Part shown: in pieces, positions 14,690 through 27,468 of the stretch
How the letters are laid out: every line of letters begins with the position of its first letter
How positions within the stretch are numbered: the first letter of the stretch is position 1
Assembly (NCBI RefSeq): GCF_006345805.1
Contig: NC_043003.1
Location: 113,150,001-113,214,000 of the forward strand
DNA length: 64,000 nucleotides
Reading direction: 5' to 3'
From: Octopus sinensis
Taxonomy: Eukaryota
Notes under the pieces: generated by a model
Told to the model about the DNA's origin: nothing
Database searches by the model: none
What the model saw: only the letters and a program-made list of their open reading frames with translations
Position numbers and translations under genes: made by a program

Positions 14690-14957
14690 TTAGAGATTAG
14701 AGTATTCGGTTTAGAATCGTAAGGTCGTGAGTTCGATTCCTAGCGGTGCACTGCGTACTAAAGAAAGACACTTTATTTCACGTTGCACCCGTCCACTCAG
14801 TTGCGAAAAACGAGTGTATCTAAAGTTCAAAGGACCAACCGTGTCACATTATGTGCCATGCTGAAACTCCCAGAGAACTACGTTCAGGGATATACATGTC
14901 TGTGGAATACTCAGCCACTTGCACGTTAGTTTATTCAGCAGATGAACTGCAACCCTT
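14690..14957 (+). mobile_element. Diverged tRNA/CORE-like SINE with a family-A tail
   Basis: GAGTTCGATTCC B-box, AAGACACTTTATTTCACGTTG core, and ACATGTCTGTGGAATACTCAGCCACTTGCACGTTA, which matches the family A 3' part. Confidence 0.7.
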
Positions 14958-15074
14958 ATCGTTGTAACCGAAGGATGTCAGTTTAAGTATAATCTGTGAC
15001 CCTCAATTTTTACAACACTAATCTTCATAACGATTAAGTGTGCCTTGAAATATAGCAACGAATGTGTGTGTGTA

Positions 15075-15076
15075 AA

Positions 15077-15128
<52 letters not shown>

Positions 15129-15150
15129 AATATATATATAATGTATATAT

Positions 15151-15194
<44 letters not shown>

Positions 15195-15261
15195 ATATAT
15201 ATATATATGATATATATATAGATATATATATATATATATATATAATATATATATATAATAT

Positions 15262-15295
<34 letters not shown>

Positions 15296-15333
15296 ATATA
15301 ATATATAATATATAATATATTGAAATATATATA

Positions 15334-15379
<46 letters not shown>

Positions 15380-15452
15380 TATGTGCCCCAGCATGGCCAC
15401 AGCTCATAAGCTGAAACTGGAAAAAATCAAAAATCCTCAATCAAATCATATA

Positions 15453-15483
<31 letters not shown>

Positions 15484-16027
15484 TATATATGAATATATAT
15501 ATATATTATATTATATAATATATAATATATATATATATGATATATAATTTATAATATATAATATATATATAATATATAATATATATACATTCTATATATA
15601 ATATTTATAATATATAATATATATTATAATATATATAATATATACATATCTATATATATATGATATATACAATATATATTATATAATATGCATATATAAT
15701 ATAATATATAATAATATACTATATATATATATATAATATACATATATATATATATATAATATGCATATATATATATATATAAATATACATATATATATAA
15801 TATATAATAATATACATATATATATATATATATACATATATATTATATATACATATTATATAATATATATATATACATAATATATAGATCTAATATATAT
15901 ATAATATATATATATAATATTATATATAATATATAGATATATATATAATATATAATTTATATATATATACATAACATACATATATAGATATAGATATATA
16001 TATATATATAGATAATATATATATATC

Positions 16028-16070
<43 letters not shown>

Positions 16071-16155
16071 ATATATAATAACTATATATATATATATATA
16101 TATATACTATATATTATATATATACTATAATATATATATATATATACTATATAAT
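15075..16155. repeat. Degenerate (TA)n array; similar arrays at 12470-12860, 22475-23515, 47700-48290 and 56630-57135
   Basis: Direct reading. Confidence 0.95.
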
Positions 16156-16499
16156 ATCAACAATATCAATATTAAGATTACTGCGAAGTTGCACTGCATT
16201 ACATTTAATTCGTTTAATATATTTACTGTTTTACATACAGCAACAACACATGTTTAAACTGCACCGATTGGCAACGGTTGCAATGGCAATCCTGCTATAA
16301 AACCGGCGCAGTCTTCAGGGTCTTTACTTGATATCCTTTGATTTGACCGTTTAAAGATTTCCTTTTATCTTCTCTGCGTTGTATGATGTAAGTTGGACGC
16401 GAACAATCTCCATTTCAACTTCTTATTGGATAATCACTTTTAGACCATTACTTCAAAACCTTCCCTTGTTTCAATGTTTATTATTCATTTACGCTGGGC

Positions 16500-16800
16500 A
16501 AATGTGAATTTCCTCATATGCAAGCACCTCAGCGTTTGTTCCTGTCTAAAACTTATTACATTACCCGGTAAAATTCTTCTAAACATAGGTCACATCTATT
16601 GGTTCCAGGTTTGTATGGTTTTGTAGTGCAAATTAATTCCCATTTAATGGTTGAATCTTTGTGACTGTCCTTAAAAGACCAGATTGATTTGCTAAGACTC
16701 GTTTGGAACATTTTATTTCTGTCTTTAAATGAATTCAACTGACTTGCTTGTTTCCTCTTGAAATTTAATGATGTCCCACCGATGTAAAAAGCATTCAATA
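16500..16800 (-). pseudogene. Penelope-like element GIY-YIG endonuclease remnant
   Basis: FYIGGTSLNFKRKQASQLNSFKD...TSLSKSIWSFKD...IKWELI..KPYKPGTNRCDLCLEE matches the PLE endonuclease C-terminal pattern YIG..F+.R..H..SF...LSK.IW.LK..I.W....RC.LCL.E. Confidence 0.8.
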
Positions 16801-16805
16801 CCCTC

Positions 16806-17081
16806 AGACGTATCTTTTTTTCTTCACAAATGTAAATAAATCCAATCTATTTCTTAAACGAGGGACATATTCATACGGCACAGAATGTTGTTTACCTTAA
16901 TGGACGTCATTGATTGGTTGAAATTGCAGAAATTGAAGAAAAAAAACAACAAATATCTTACAAACTATAGAATTTTCTCAATAAAGATGTTTTATAAACA
17001 CATTCTACCAACATGCGAAGTTTAAAATTTTTTAGTTACCTAGAAATTATGTTAAAACTGCCGTTCAAACCGAAAAGATCC
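16806..17081 (+). mobile_element. Left-truncated copy of the GGATC-TIR MITE family
   Basis: Body matches 20317-20757 and 35069-35519; ends with the right TIR AAAACTGCCGTTCAAACCGAAAAGATCC. Confidence 0.85.
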
Positions 17082-17099
17082 GAAAACGGAAAGTGTCTC

Positions 17100-17750
17100 C
17101 TCATCTGCTTCACTTTTCACTCATCAAAAACAGCCAGGAAGATGACCGGAACTGTACTTCTGGGTATCACACCACATCAAGCCCACAACAAAAAATCCAA
17201 TACCTCAACTCGATCAACTGATAGTTGTATTGAAGCTTTTCATATAAAATACAAATTCCTACCGCCAGTGTCTGGCGAAACGAACCCACTCACTAAAGTA
17301 CTGTGTGGCGTTTATCAACAACAAAATCTGCGTGACCATTATCCAAACCACAAAAGGTTACATTTAGCTTCACTGCCCGCAGCCCTCTTTGCAGGCAACT
17401 CTACACTGAACTTACTCGAAAATATCCAATTTTATCTCCCTCATCTCATCCAGATTTTTCAGTATCAGAACATGCCAAATGCAGAAATACTTTCAGTTAC
17501 TTAAAGCGAACAAGGTCACCCGGCTTAACAATGCTCCTCTCAATACAATCATAACGCTGTAGAGCTAGGACCTATACTAACCAAACTGTCCCTCGTTACG
17601 GGGATTTATTTCGATCTTTGCAAGCACGTTTACAATGCATCTCATCCTTAATAAGAGAACCTCTCTGTTCCGGCCCACAATCGCCCTCTTGCGGGGAAGC
17701 TCATTAACAATGACATCCTTCAACACCTCGAATCCCTTTAGTTCAGCCTT
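17100..17750 (+). pseudogene. Possible degraded LINE APE endonuclease fragment
   Basis: IEAFHIK, LCGVYQQ and ALFAGNS weakly resemble APE motifs (..VY.., ..GDFN); heavily decayed. Confidence 0.3.
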
Positions 17751-17751
17751 T

Positions 17752-17827
<76 letters not shown>

Positions 17828-19389
17828 TAACATCTCCCAGCACGAATTTCGTAAAACCAACAAGATCTCCTGGAGATCTAGTCTCGCTTGTCACCCACAA
17901 GTGGCATTAGAAGAATTTGGTGAAAGTAGAGTTGTTACCCCCAGTGTCACCAAAAGTTTCGATTGTGTCCGACATGAGAATCTCCTTTCGAGACTTCCTG
18001 TCTATGAGACAATGATTTTCTTGCTTTTAGGATAGCATTGAGCGGAATACTTAGCAATGAGGGAGAGCAAGAAGGAGTGAAACATAGGATTGGTACACAT
18101 ATTTACGGGCGTGCGCATGCGTATCTATTAACACATAAACATACTTTCACCATAGCTGCGATGTTGAATTGTATTTGAAGAGAAAACTAGAGACGATTAA
18201 TCTTAGTAATCAACAGTCTAGAAGAGAAATAGAGTTTGTGTTGTGTAGTCTGTGAGCGTGTGTATATGCGAGATACAGACAAATAGATAAAGAAAGAAAG
18301 AATGAAAGAAAAGAAAGAAAAGAAAGAAAAGAGAGAGAGAGAAAGAAAGAGAGAAAGAAAGAATGAAAGAAATAAAGAAAGAAAGACTGAATGAAAGAAA
18401 GAAAGAAAGAGAAAGAAAGAGAGAAAGAGAGAAGAGAGAGAAAGAAAGAGAGAAAGAGAGTGAGAGAGAAAAAAAGAGAAAGAAAGAGAGAAAGAGAGAA
18501 AGAAAGAGAGAGAGAGATAGAAAGAAAGAAAAGTGAGAGAGAGAGAGAGAAAGAAAAATAAAGATAAAAGTGTCCATTGAAGGATGTGGAGAGGTAAAAA
18601 TGTCTGAGAATGTTGTCTGTGATTGTCAATAGAAGCATTGGTAACATTTTCTGACATTTGCCGTCTGATCAAAAGAAAGCTGATCTGCGTCCTTACTTTG
18701 GCTTATATTTCTTTACTTACATCTTTGAATAGGTTTCAGAGATACACAGCAGCATTTTGTTCGCTTACAATTTTCTTTCACTCCCTCATATTTGCATTTA
18801 ACGCACGCACTCACACACACGCGCAACGGGCGCGAACCTCATCTTACCCTGTCTTATTTAATTCTCCATATTAACGTGTATATTAATTTACATCTATATT
18901 TTTCTCATCCTTCTGTATTTATCCCCTCGTGGTTGATGGCTGATTGAAGTGAAGTCAAAATAACAGACGGCTCTGCTTTCCTTGTTCAGTGTAGTTTGGT
19001 TGCAAAAACTGGATTAACTGATCATTATAGTTAACAACACTGTAAGGATGGCTTATGGTTCACTAATTTCTACTGATGAAGCGTTCTCGTCCGATGGATA
19101 TATTTTAGTAATGGCGAAAGCTGTTTCTATGTTATCCACTAAACAAAGATATACATAAAGCGGGTGAGACACCTACCGTGAGATTAAAACACAGGTTATT
19201 TCTATCATTTCGAACACATTTTTTAAACTTCATTCCACTGCAGCTAACTGGAGGTCAAACATTATAATACTTGTACAAAACACCAAATAGTACCGATCCA
19301 AATAGTACCGATAAACGTCATAAACTAGCAAAAGAAAGAACTGATGGACATGGTTACGAAGACGAGAAAAATATTGACAGGTCACGGAA

Positions 19390-19835
19390 CCTTCCAGTCT
19401 AAGAGTGGCACTGATAGGCTGTACTTGCCGAGAAGAATGGATTGAAAAGGTTTGATCAGTTGCCAGGATTGTATCGAAAACAGCTTAGGATGATATGTAA
19501 AAATACCATTGAACCAATGTTGAACAGTGTGAAGAAGTTTGGCGTCATTAAAACTGATAATTGTGTAAAGAAAGGAAAATTTAAGGAGGAAGAGAACAAA
19601 GAGAAAAAAAAGAAAGAAACAACGTGGAATAAGAAAAATGTACAAACGCCAAGAGTGATACAGAAGATCGGTGGATATGGATGCGGAGGAGTGATCTGAA
19701 GATAGAGACAGAAGCACTAATATGCACAGCTCAGGACCAAGCATTAAGGACTAACTATGTGAGGTGCAACACAACCGACAGCTACATGTCCAGAATGTGT
19801 GATGAGAGGGGTGAAACGGTATGGCACATCGTTGA
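19390..19835 (+). pseudogene. Dong/R4-type LINE C-terminal remnant
   Basis: DRLYLPRR..KGLISCQDCIE, then WMRRSDLKIETEALICTAQDQALRTNY...RMCDERGETVWHIV. Confidence 0.8.
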
Positions 19836-19859
19836 AGAAGGCCCGAAAGTGGTTCGACG

Positions 19860-20232
19860 GAAATAGGGTCTTCCAGCAGTCACCCTTTAGACCCAGGGCA
19901 GCACTATCTTTTCTAAGCACATGATGTAGGCCTCTGTGTTGAGCCTGAGGCCGTGTGGGATGATGAATGGAGACATAACATCGCCATCACTGGTGATCCA
20001 TCAAAACACCATAATGTTGACTGAATATTTGATTTTTATCCCTCTCAGTATATGTCCTCAGCTTGCACTGTCCTCAGATCGACACCCAAACACTCTGAAA
20101 TGTTCTTAATGGCGCTTCCGGCGCGAATGTCAAGCAGTACAGCATGTCGTTTCCAAATTTCTGCCAGAATATATTGTGTCATGGTGCTGTTTTTTTTTTC
20201 TCACAGACTGTGCCCAACTGACCCCACTCTAC
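19860..20232 (-). pseudogene. Internally deleted Tc1/mariner (maT/DD37D-like) transposase remnant
   Basis: ATG at 20182 gives MTQYILAEIWKRHAVLLDIRAGSAIKNISECLGVDLRTVQ (HTH), joined to VNIMVF*WITSDGDVMSPFIIPHGLRLNTEAYIMCLEKIVLPWV*RVTAGRPY (catalytic region). Confidence 0.75.
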
Positions 20233-20316
20233 TGTGTAGTCGACAAAATTAAAAAAAATATGCGCATGCGCAAAATTAAAATTATAACATTACAACAATA
20301 TATCCATTGCACATTC

Positions 20317-20757
20317 GAATCTTTTCGGTTTGAATTGCAGTTTTTTCTAGCGGTGTCATGAAATTGTCACCCATAATTATGACCCTAGTATCGATCTATT
20401 GCATTTCAATCTCTTTTAAGGTTAGGGTTAGTTAGGGTTAGTTATGGTGAGGGTTAGGGGTGGGGGAAGGGTATCTTTCTTCTTCAGAAATGTAAATAAA
20501 CCCAATCTGTTTCTTAAACGAGGGACATATTCATACGGCACAGAATGTTTTCACCTCAATAGGCGGTCATTGATTGGTTGAAATTGCAGAAATTGAAGAT
20601 AAAAAAAACAATGAATATCTTACAAACTATAGAATTTTCTCAATAAAGCCAAGAGAAAAAGATGTTTTATAAACACATTCTACCAGTCTACGAAGTTTAA
20701 ATTTTTTTAGTTACGTAGAAATTATGTTAAAAACTGCCGTTCAAACCGAAAAAATCC
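20317..20757 (+). mobile_element. MITE with ~28-bp TIRs and 8-bp TSD (Merlin-like), internal TTAGGG-like tract
   Basis: TIR G(G)ATCTTTTCGGTTTGAA..GCAGTTTT; TSD GCACATTC at 20309-20316 and 20758-20765. Confidence 0.9.
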
Positions 20758-21615
20758 GCACATTCTATATACTTAGCGTAGCACTCCTTCAAATCATCCT
20801 TCAAAATAATGAATTCACAAGAAAACTTTGAAATACCTAATTTCAATAAAAGAAAAATTAAAACCATGACAACCTTTCGTGCTGGTCTGTTAAGAATTCC
20901 GTTTCAATAAACTTATAGACTAAGAAACTATTGTAAAAGATAATCAGACGGGATCTCTTTCAAGTGGAACTCAATTCTGTATTTATTATCCTGGGTTCTA
21001 ATTACGGTGACTAACCTATCAGAACATAATTCAATAACTTGAGAATTCATTTAGCAATTACACATAATGTGTGCGTGTGTGTGTGAGAGAGAGCGCGAGA
21101 GCGCACGCATATTGTTATTTGTGTGTACACATACACACTCACTCACGCATGAACACGTACACATGTTCGCACACACTAACACACACAAACACGCAATTAC
21201 GCGCGCGCGTGCAAGTACACGTCGAAGTCCCATCAAACATCGTTTAGAACCAAAATGGTGGAGAAATAAATTGCTCAGCTTTTGTCGATCGATAATTCTG
21301 CGTTTTCCCAGCAGTAACATTGTCAACCCAATTGCGAGTGCTCTCCCCTTATCTTTCATTATAATATCGCTGAACTTATCCAGCGAGTCTGGTGTGAGAC
21401 GGAAAACAAATCCTGTTAGAAGTAACTACTGCTACAACTACTACTACTACTACTTACTACTACTACTACCACCACCACCACTACCACCACTACTACTACC
21501 ACCACCACCACCACCACCACTACTACCACTACTACTATTACTACTACTACTACTACTACCACCACCACCGCCACCACTACTACTACTACTACTACTACTT
21601 ACTACTACCACCACC

Positions 21616-21650
<35 letters not shown>

Positions 21651-22204
21651 GACTACTACTACCACCACCACCACCACACCACTACTACTACTACTACTAC
21701 TTACTACTACTACTTATACTACTACTACTACTACCACCACCACCACACCACTACTACTACTACTATTACTACTACTACTACTTACTACTACTACTTACTA
21801 CTACCACCACCACCACCACTATACTACTACTACTACTACTACTACTACTACCATCACCACCTGCATTTCTTTTAAACACTGAAATATTCGATGTAATGTC
21901 TTTGAGACATTCTATGGTAAGAAAACGACAGTTTGGTAACCCAATGTCTAATATATATATATTTGATCCATAGAATTAAGGAGGGAGTAAATGATAACTT
22001 GAAGTTGGTAAAAATATGAAACATTCAAACAGATTTGGGTTGAAGATTTTTCTATTTTCTTAAGGGTCGTCCTTACAATCACCAACATGTTATCGAAAGG
22101 TTTGACAATATGGTATTTCCACCCAGGCTAAATAATCATCACCTTCTACATGATTATGTGTCTTAGAAACAGGAAACAATAACAACTTCAGTTTTTTTCT
22201 GCAT

Positions 22205-22455
22205 AGCCTCCTCGGTTACCATAATGGTGTAACGTTAAAGAGAGTCGGTGCAGTTGAAGTGAAATAGTTCTCTCTGTGTTGTAATGCGACGCGAAAATGA
22301 CTTTGGTAGAGGGCGGATAGCACGCGATCAAGGCTCCAGTGAATTTTCAAACTGCTGCCATCGTCATCTGGGCAGAGCTGTTGGAATGTTTTCCTCATCA
22401 TACAAATGATAAAGCGCTCACAGCAACGTTGGAGGGAATAAATTTTGAGTGCTTC
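22205..22455 (-). pseudogene. CR1-type LINE ORF2 3' remnant
   Basis: [20 protein letters not shown]...[17 protein letters not shown] matches the CR1 C-terminal pattern RL..L.LYSL.RRRER...NSF...GP.LFN.LP. Confidence 0.7.
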
Positions 22456-22474
22456 GAGACGATCGCAATAATCA

Positions 22475-22510
<36 letters not shown>

Positions 22511-22595
22511 TATAATATATATATATATATGTATGTATATATATATATAATTGTGTAATATATATATATATATATGTATGTATATATATATATAT

Positions 22596-22634
<39 letters not shown>

Positions 22635-22685
22635 ATATATATATATTGTGTATATATATAATGTATATATATATTATATATTGTG

Positions 22686-22717
<32 letters not shown>

Positions 22718-22757
22718 TATTGTGTATATATATATATGTATATATATATATTGTGTA

Positions 22758-22789
<32 letters not shown>

Positions 22790-22815
22790 ATTGTGTGTAT
22801 ATATATGTGTGTATA

Positions 22816-22848
<33 letters not shown>

Positions 22849-23054
22849 TGTGTATATATATATATATATATGTGTGTATATATATATATATATTGTGTAT
22901 ATATTATATATATATATATATTGTGTATAATATATATATAATGTATATATATATATATATTGTGTATATATATATTATATGTATATATAACGGGAAGCTT
23001 TATGAAAATAAACAAAAGACGAAGGCAGGTGGAAAACAAACGAACAATTGTATG

Positions 23055-23086
<32 letters not shown>

Positions 23087-23124
23087 TATTGTGTATATAT
23101 ATATTGTGTATAATATATATATAT

Positions 23125-23162
<38 letters not shown>

Positions 23163-23470
23163 ATATATATATATATATATTGTGTATATAATATATATAT
23201 ATGTGTATATATTATATATATGTTATATATATATATATATTGTGTATATATATATATGTTATATATAACGGGAAGCTTTATGAAAATAAACAAAAGACGA
23301 AGGCAGGTGGAAAACAAACGAACAATTGTATGTATACATATATATATTATATATTGTGTGTATATATATGTGTATATAATATATATATTTGTGTATATAT
23401 ATATATATAATATATATATATTGTGTGTATATATATATATATATATATATTGTGTATATATATATATATA

Positions 23471-23517
<47 letters not shown>

Positions 23518-24518
23518 GCGTGTGTGTGCGTTAACAGTAAAAAGCGGAACATTCATGTGCTCGGGGTTACGAGAAATAGATGTGCATGAATGTGCACCTA
23601 TGTGTATATATGTTAGTGTGTTTAGCATGTGTATAATTATGTGTACAATATATATAATATCATGTGAGGTGATTTGCGAAGAGATAAATTATGGACGGCT
23701 GATGATAAATGTGTTATCCTGAAATAAATAAATATGCAAATGTCTTCTGCAATTATAAAATAAAATGAAATATCGCTTAATATGAAATTATGAAAGACTA
23801 CATTCAAATGGAGAATATTTAGACAATGTTGACTTCCGGTTGTTAGAAATACTTGGACGAGTATTATGAATTGCAAGTTGGTATGTCAGGCGGGTGTGAA
23901 TCGTAGTCTGATAACAAACATATGTGCAACACATGGTGTCCAAGAGATAGGTCGTTATTACAAACGGAGCACACTTTACAAGCCTCGCATTCTCTTTTCT
24001 GTAATCAATATTGTTGGCAGAATATCTCGTTAGGTTGGCACTAGATAAGGGTTTGTGAGAACATCTGCCATACTTTATGATTTTTTTTTGCCACGAAAAC
24101 AATGTCATCTGTGTTGTCAATAAAAACCATAGACACCGTGCATTACATTTACACACACCGCTACGTAAATGCATTGTTTCTCTCTCTCTCTCTCATTCTC
24201 TGTATGTCATGCATTTTAGACATATGGCAGGTTAATCTACTCACAAATATCTCGTTTTCACTAAGCACAAAGTTTCAAACATTTTAAAGGACGCTGATTG
24301 AAAGAAAACTTTTTTTATCATTCTGACATGCATATGTACCGAAGTAATAATATTAATAATGATGATGATGATGATGATGATGATATTAATAATAATAATA
24401 ATGATGATAATAATAATAATAGTAATGATGATAATAATATTAATGATAATAATAATAATAATGATAATGATGATGAAAATAATAATAATGATGATAATAA
24501 TAATAATGATAATAATAA

Positions 24519-25075
24519 ATGCCCTGATGCAGTACCAGGCAGTGGCTCTCATGGCTTCTGATCTTAACTGATTGGAAGTGTTATCATGTACATTGTTTTG
24601 TCTTGTTATAAAAGATGGGCTACAGCAAATATTCTGCTCAATACCACAGATTTGCTTGTCAGTTGTTTGACCTTAACCAGTTGAGCATGTCCCTTAGTGG
24701 CTGACGATATGTGCATCTGTGATCCCGAGCAGAAGTAGTGGGGGAGCATCATAGCTATGTGTTGAAAGGGATTCGTTGGGGTTTGAATAATTCACCTCTG
24801 GAAACATGGATGGTTCTTTCAACATCCTTAAACAACCCTTATTCAGGGACCTTTTGAGCGCGATGGGCTACTCGACCTGAAGAAAATTCTAACTGGGCCG
24901 CACCTGTAAGGTCATGTGCTGTTTTTCTTGATATGAGATCACCATGTCGCGCACATATGGTTGTGATGCATGTGCCTGGTGTACCTTTATCAGACGGGTA
25001 GTCATGATGGGTATATTGGGCTTCGTATATTTTACACCAGTGTCACTTTGATGGCATGAACTGCTCTCTCACTCA
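24519..25075. mobile_element. Unclassified ~555-bp complex sequence embedded in (AAT)n
   Basis: Sharp junctions to (AAT/GAT)n at 24350-24518 and (AAT)n at 25076-25092; no ORF, tRNA head or TIR seen. Confidence 0.4.
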
Positions 25076-25099
25076 ATAATAATAATAATAATTGAAGGC

Positions 25100-25291
25100 G
25101 ATATTCTAACTCTGTGTAAAGATCAGAGTCGCATAGAAGAGTGGTTGAAAGGGCAATGGAAAAATGGAAAGAAAATGTAGGGGCATATCTTGACTCGCAG
25201 CACCAAATAGAAAAGAAAGGGTTCACAACTGTCATCGAACCCCTAAAACAACGTGCGCGGGCTAAAACATTACATTGATCGCATATCTTTC

Positions 25292-25349
<58 letters not shown>

Positions 25350-26950
25350 GAGAAAGAAGAAGAAGAAGAAGAAGAAGAAGAAGAAGAAGAAGAAGAAGAA
25401 GAAGAAGAAGAAGAAGAAGAAGAAGAAGAAGAAAACGAAATAAGAAATTTGACTTAGAAAAATGTACCAAGGCAACCTTAAAAAGAGGAAAACTAGTTAA
25501 GAGTAGCAATATCACACTAGATAAAGTCAATGAAATAAGAGAATTAGACAAAAGCCAGACTTACAAATACTTAGGAATCCATGAAATAGATACAATACAA
25601 CACACACAGATGAAAGAGAAGATTAAAAAAGAATACCATAGAAGAGTTAGTTTAATATAGAAAACAGAGCTCAATGCGAAAAACAAGATAATAGGTATGA
25701 ACACTTGAGCAGTCACAATTATAATTTACAACTACAATATCCTTAATTGGACACTAAATGAACTAATCAAAATAGACAGGAACAAGAAGAAAAATAATGA
25801 CAGGATTTAGGATGCACCACCCAAAATTTGACATGGAAATGTTTTATATAGAAGATGGTAGAGACCTTATACAACTAGAAAAGTATTACAAAATAACCAC
25901 CTTAGGACTACAAAAACACCTACTTTAGAAGCAAGGAAAACTAATACAAACAGCCACAAAACAGAAAACCGTTTTCAGTCTTTAAGGAAGCTGACAAATA
26001 CAAACAAGAAGTCATACTACCTAACAACTATGAAGAAAAAACAGACAAAACAAAAGCTGTAAAGCAAATAAAATCCAAACTAAAACTGGAACAACAACGG
26101 ATCATAGTAAAACGATGGCAAGAAAAGCCCCTTCATGACAAATACTGGGCTAAACTAAATGCAAAAGAAATAGACAAATCCCAGCATTGGCTGAAAAGCT
26201 CAGGACTCAAAGCAGAGACTGAAGAATTTTTAATTGCAGCACAAGACCAAAGCCTCTCCACCAGAAATTACCAAAAACATATAATGAAAAGAAATATAAC
26301 AAGTAACTGCAGAATATGTGGAGATGGACAAGAAATAATAAATCAACTTGTCTCTGGCTGCCCAGTCCTGGCTAAGAAGGAATATATTCACAGGGACGAT
26401 AGAATTGGAACCTACATACAGTGGAAGCTATGCCAACACTATGGAATAACAACAGAAAAAAGATAGTATAGGCACACACCAGAAAAGGTCACAGAAAACG
26501 AGAAAGCAACCATACACTGGAATATGCCAATACACACAGATAGAGAAATTAAGGCCAATAGGCCAGATATAGTTGTCAGAGATCATGAGGAAAGAAGATG
26601 CTTTCTAACTGATGTATCAATAACAACAAATGATAACGTTATTCTAAAAGAAATGGAGAAACTTTCAAAACACAAAGACCTGGATATAGAGGTAACTCGA
26701 ATGTGGAGTCTAAAAAGCAGAAACAATTCCTATCATAGTGGCGCTTTGAGAATGATAAAAAAAAATAGTCAGACAAATACATAAAAAAACACCAGGACTA
26801 ATAAATATATATTATAACATTCAGAAAATTGCACTACTGGGCACTGCACATATCCTACATAAAACACATCCAATACAGTGAAAATGAGAGCATCACAGCA
26901 AACCACTGCTCATACCCAAAACACACACAGCTGCGCTCGGTAGTGAAGTA
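25100..26950 (+). pseudogene. Dong/R4-clade LINE remnant (RT C-terminus, CCHC finger, restriction-like endonuclease, 3' UTR)
   Basis: KCTKATLKRGKLV, YKYLGIHE, MKEKIKKEY, WLKSSGLKAETE..LIAAQDQSL.TRNY, CRICGDGQEIINQLVSGC, NRPDIVVRDHEERRCFLTDVS. Multiple stops; ends in an (AAT/AAC)n array. Confidence 0.9.
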
Positions 26951-27468
26951 AAAGAACAATAACAATAATCATAATAATAATAATAACAAGAACAACAACA
27001 ATAATAATAAGAATAATAACAAGAACAATAATAATAATAATAATAATAACAATAACAAGAACAACAACAACAACAATAATAATAACAATAATAACAATAA
27101 AAATAAAAATAATAATAATAATAATAACAATAATAACAAGAACAACAACAATAATAATAATAACAAGAACAACAATAATAATAATAATCAATTCTTTTTT
27201 ATTGGCCACAAGGGCTAACACGCATGATTACATAAAGGGACAAGACAGGACGAAAGGTTACAAAGGGTTTTGCCGTTTTTTAAAAACATCGAGTAAAAAT
27301 CTTTATAACACTTATAAAATTCAACAATGAAAAACTCCCAAAATGGGGAGACGTCTCGAAAGGTTCCCGGTGGAAAAAACCCTACAAAAGCCAACGGGAG
27401 CCTGGTCAAAAAAAGGGGGTGTAGAGAGTCCCCTTTCTTCTCCTTTTACATTACCTTTTTCTTTGAAA

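Noticed and set aside
20402-20465. TTAGGG repeats as an interstitial telomere
   Set aside because: Short, degenerate and internal to a TSD-flanked MITE.
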